Shown here in pieces: positions 31,437-31,868 of a stretch of 31,868 bases of DNA. Location of the stretch: NCBI GenBank assembly GCA_019120315.1, contig DWVJ01000022.1, positions 1 to 31,868 on the forward strand, given 5' to 3'. Made by a program: the position numbers and the translations under genes. Source of the stretch: Candidatus Ruminococcus avistercoris. Its GTDB lineage: Bacteria > Bacillota > Clostridia > Lachnospirales > Lachnospiraceae. Positions within the stretch are counted from its first letter, which is position 1. Every line of letters begins with the position of its first letter. The notes under the pieces were generated by a model. The model saw only the letters and a list, made by a program, of their open reading frames with translations. It was not told where the DNA came from and searched no databases.

Positions 31437-31868
31437 TCACCCGGAAAACCTCTTCATATAATTTTCTGCAGTTTTCTGATCCATCGAAAACATATTCTGC
31501 AGCTTTTCACAGAAATTTTCTTTCGAAATTCCACTTGTAAAATAGTCATTTACCAATATCTGTATAATCCTTTCTCTCTCTTCATTTCTTCCCTTGCTTT
31601 CTCCTTCCTCTCTGGCATCCGCTATCATTTCCTGCAAACCGTTCATCGTTTCCTTTCGCCCTTCCTCTCTGGCATCCGCTATCATTTCCTGCAAACCGTT
31701 CATCGTTTCCTTTCGCCCTTCTTCTCTGGCATCCGCTATCATTTCCTGCAAACCGTTCATCGTTTCCTTTCGCCCTTCTTCTCTGGCATCCGCCAGCATA
31801 TCATCGATCGCTTTACACATATTCACCTTCCCCTTTCGCTCCTGCTTCTCTTTTTTGATTCGATCCAG
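31437..31868 (-). CDS. Repeat-containing protein, reading frame open to the window edge (possibly 5'-partial); C-terminal region reminiscent of Rpn/PD-(D/E)XK transposase-like proteins
   Basis: The frame stays open upstream of the track start (own translation LDRIKKEKQERKGKVNMCKAIDDM...). Possible internal starts are GTG 31826 and ATG 31820. It contains 3.3 copies of MNGLQEMIADAREEGRKET. The family call is from memory only. Confidence 0.5.
   Translation of the reverse strand: MDRIKKEKQERKGKVNMCKAIDDMLADAREEGRKETMNGLQEMIADAREEGRKETMNGLQEMIADAREEGRKETMNGLQEMIADAREEGESKGRNEERERIIQILVNDYFTSGISKENFCEKLQNMFSMDQKTAENYMKRFSG
31607..31793 (-). repeat. 57-bp tandem repeat, about 3.3 nearly perfect copies, in frame (19 aa unit)
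   Basis: The unit cctctctggcatccgctatcatttcctgcaaaccgttcatcgtttcctttcgcccttc recurs at 31607, 31664, 31721 and 31778 (partial). The only difference I saw is one C/T change. Confidence 0.95.

Noticed and set aside
31607-31793. 57-bp repeats as a possible CRISPR array
   Set aside because: The copies are directly adjacent with no spacers, are in frame in a coding region, and no cas genes are present.

Overview
Chromosomal segment of a roughly 50% GC Gram-positive anaerobe. It looks Clostridia/Lachnospiraceae-like, judged only from gene content, GGAGG-type ribosome binding sites, a T-box leader and a PerR/reverse-rubrerythrin pair. Genes from 139 to 24726 are almost all on the minus strand; genes from 24847 to 31354 are on the plus strand. 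The left edge (1 to about 740) looks like a lower-GC fragment of a mobile element (TnpV plus a small ORF). After it come RNase J, a PsiE-family membrane protein and a secreted Big_2/3xFN3-like acidic protein. A long co-directional minus-strand array follows: a four-subunit 2-oxoacid:ferredoxin oxidoreductase, LysR, an FdhD-like protein without the cysteine loop, a small HPr-like protein, two COG0523 GTPases, pth, mfd, a PrsA-like lipoprotein and a homocysteine S-methyltransferase. Next are a tetR-GH13-glgB-nitrilase-family operon, a small membrane protein, and reverse rubrerythrin plus PerR with two Per-box-like palindromes. The plus-strand part holds two tandem TM-TPR paralogues, T-box(Met)-metG-tatD and a zinc-ribbon/3xSH3b membrane protein. 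The window ends with a minus-strand repeat protein that is open at the window edge and carries a perfect 57-bp tandem repeat. I saw no CRISPR array, tRNA or rRNA. I do not see a clear-cut novel defence or mobility system. The most unusual items are the oxidoreductase-LysR-FdhD-like unit, the COG0523 pair (one member fused to a CC-motif domain), the HPr-like mini-protein, the Asp/Trp-punctuated surface protein and the 57-bp coding repeat. All family assignments come from motif recognition by eye; no database search was run.
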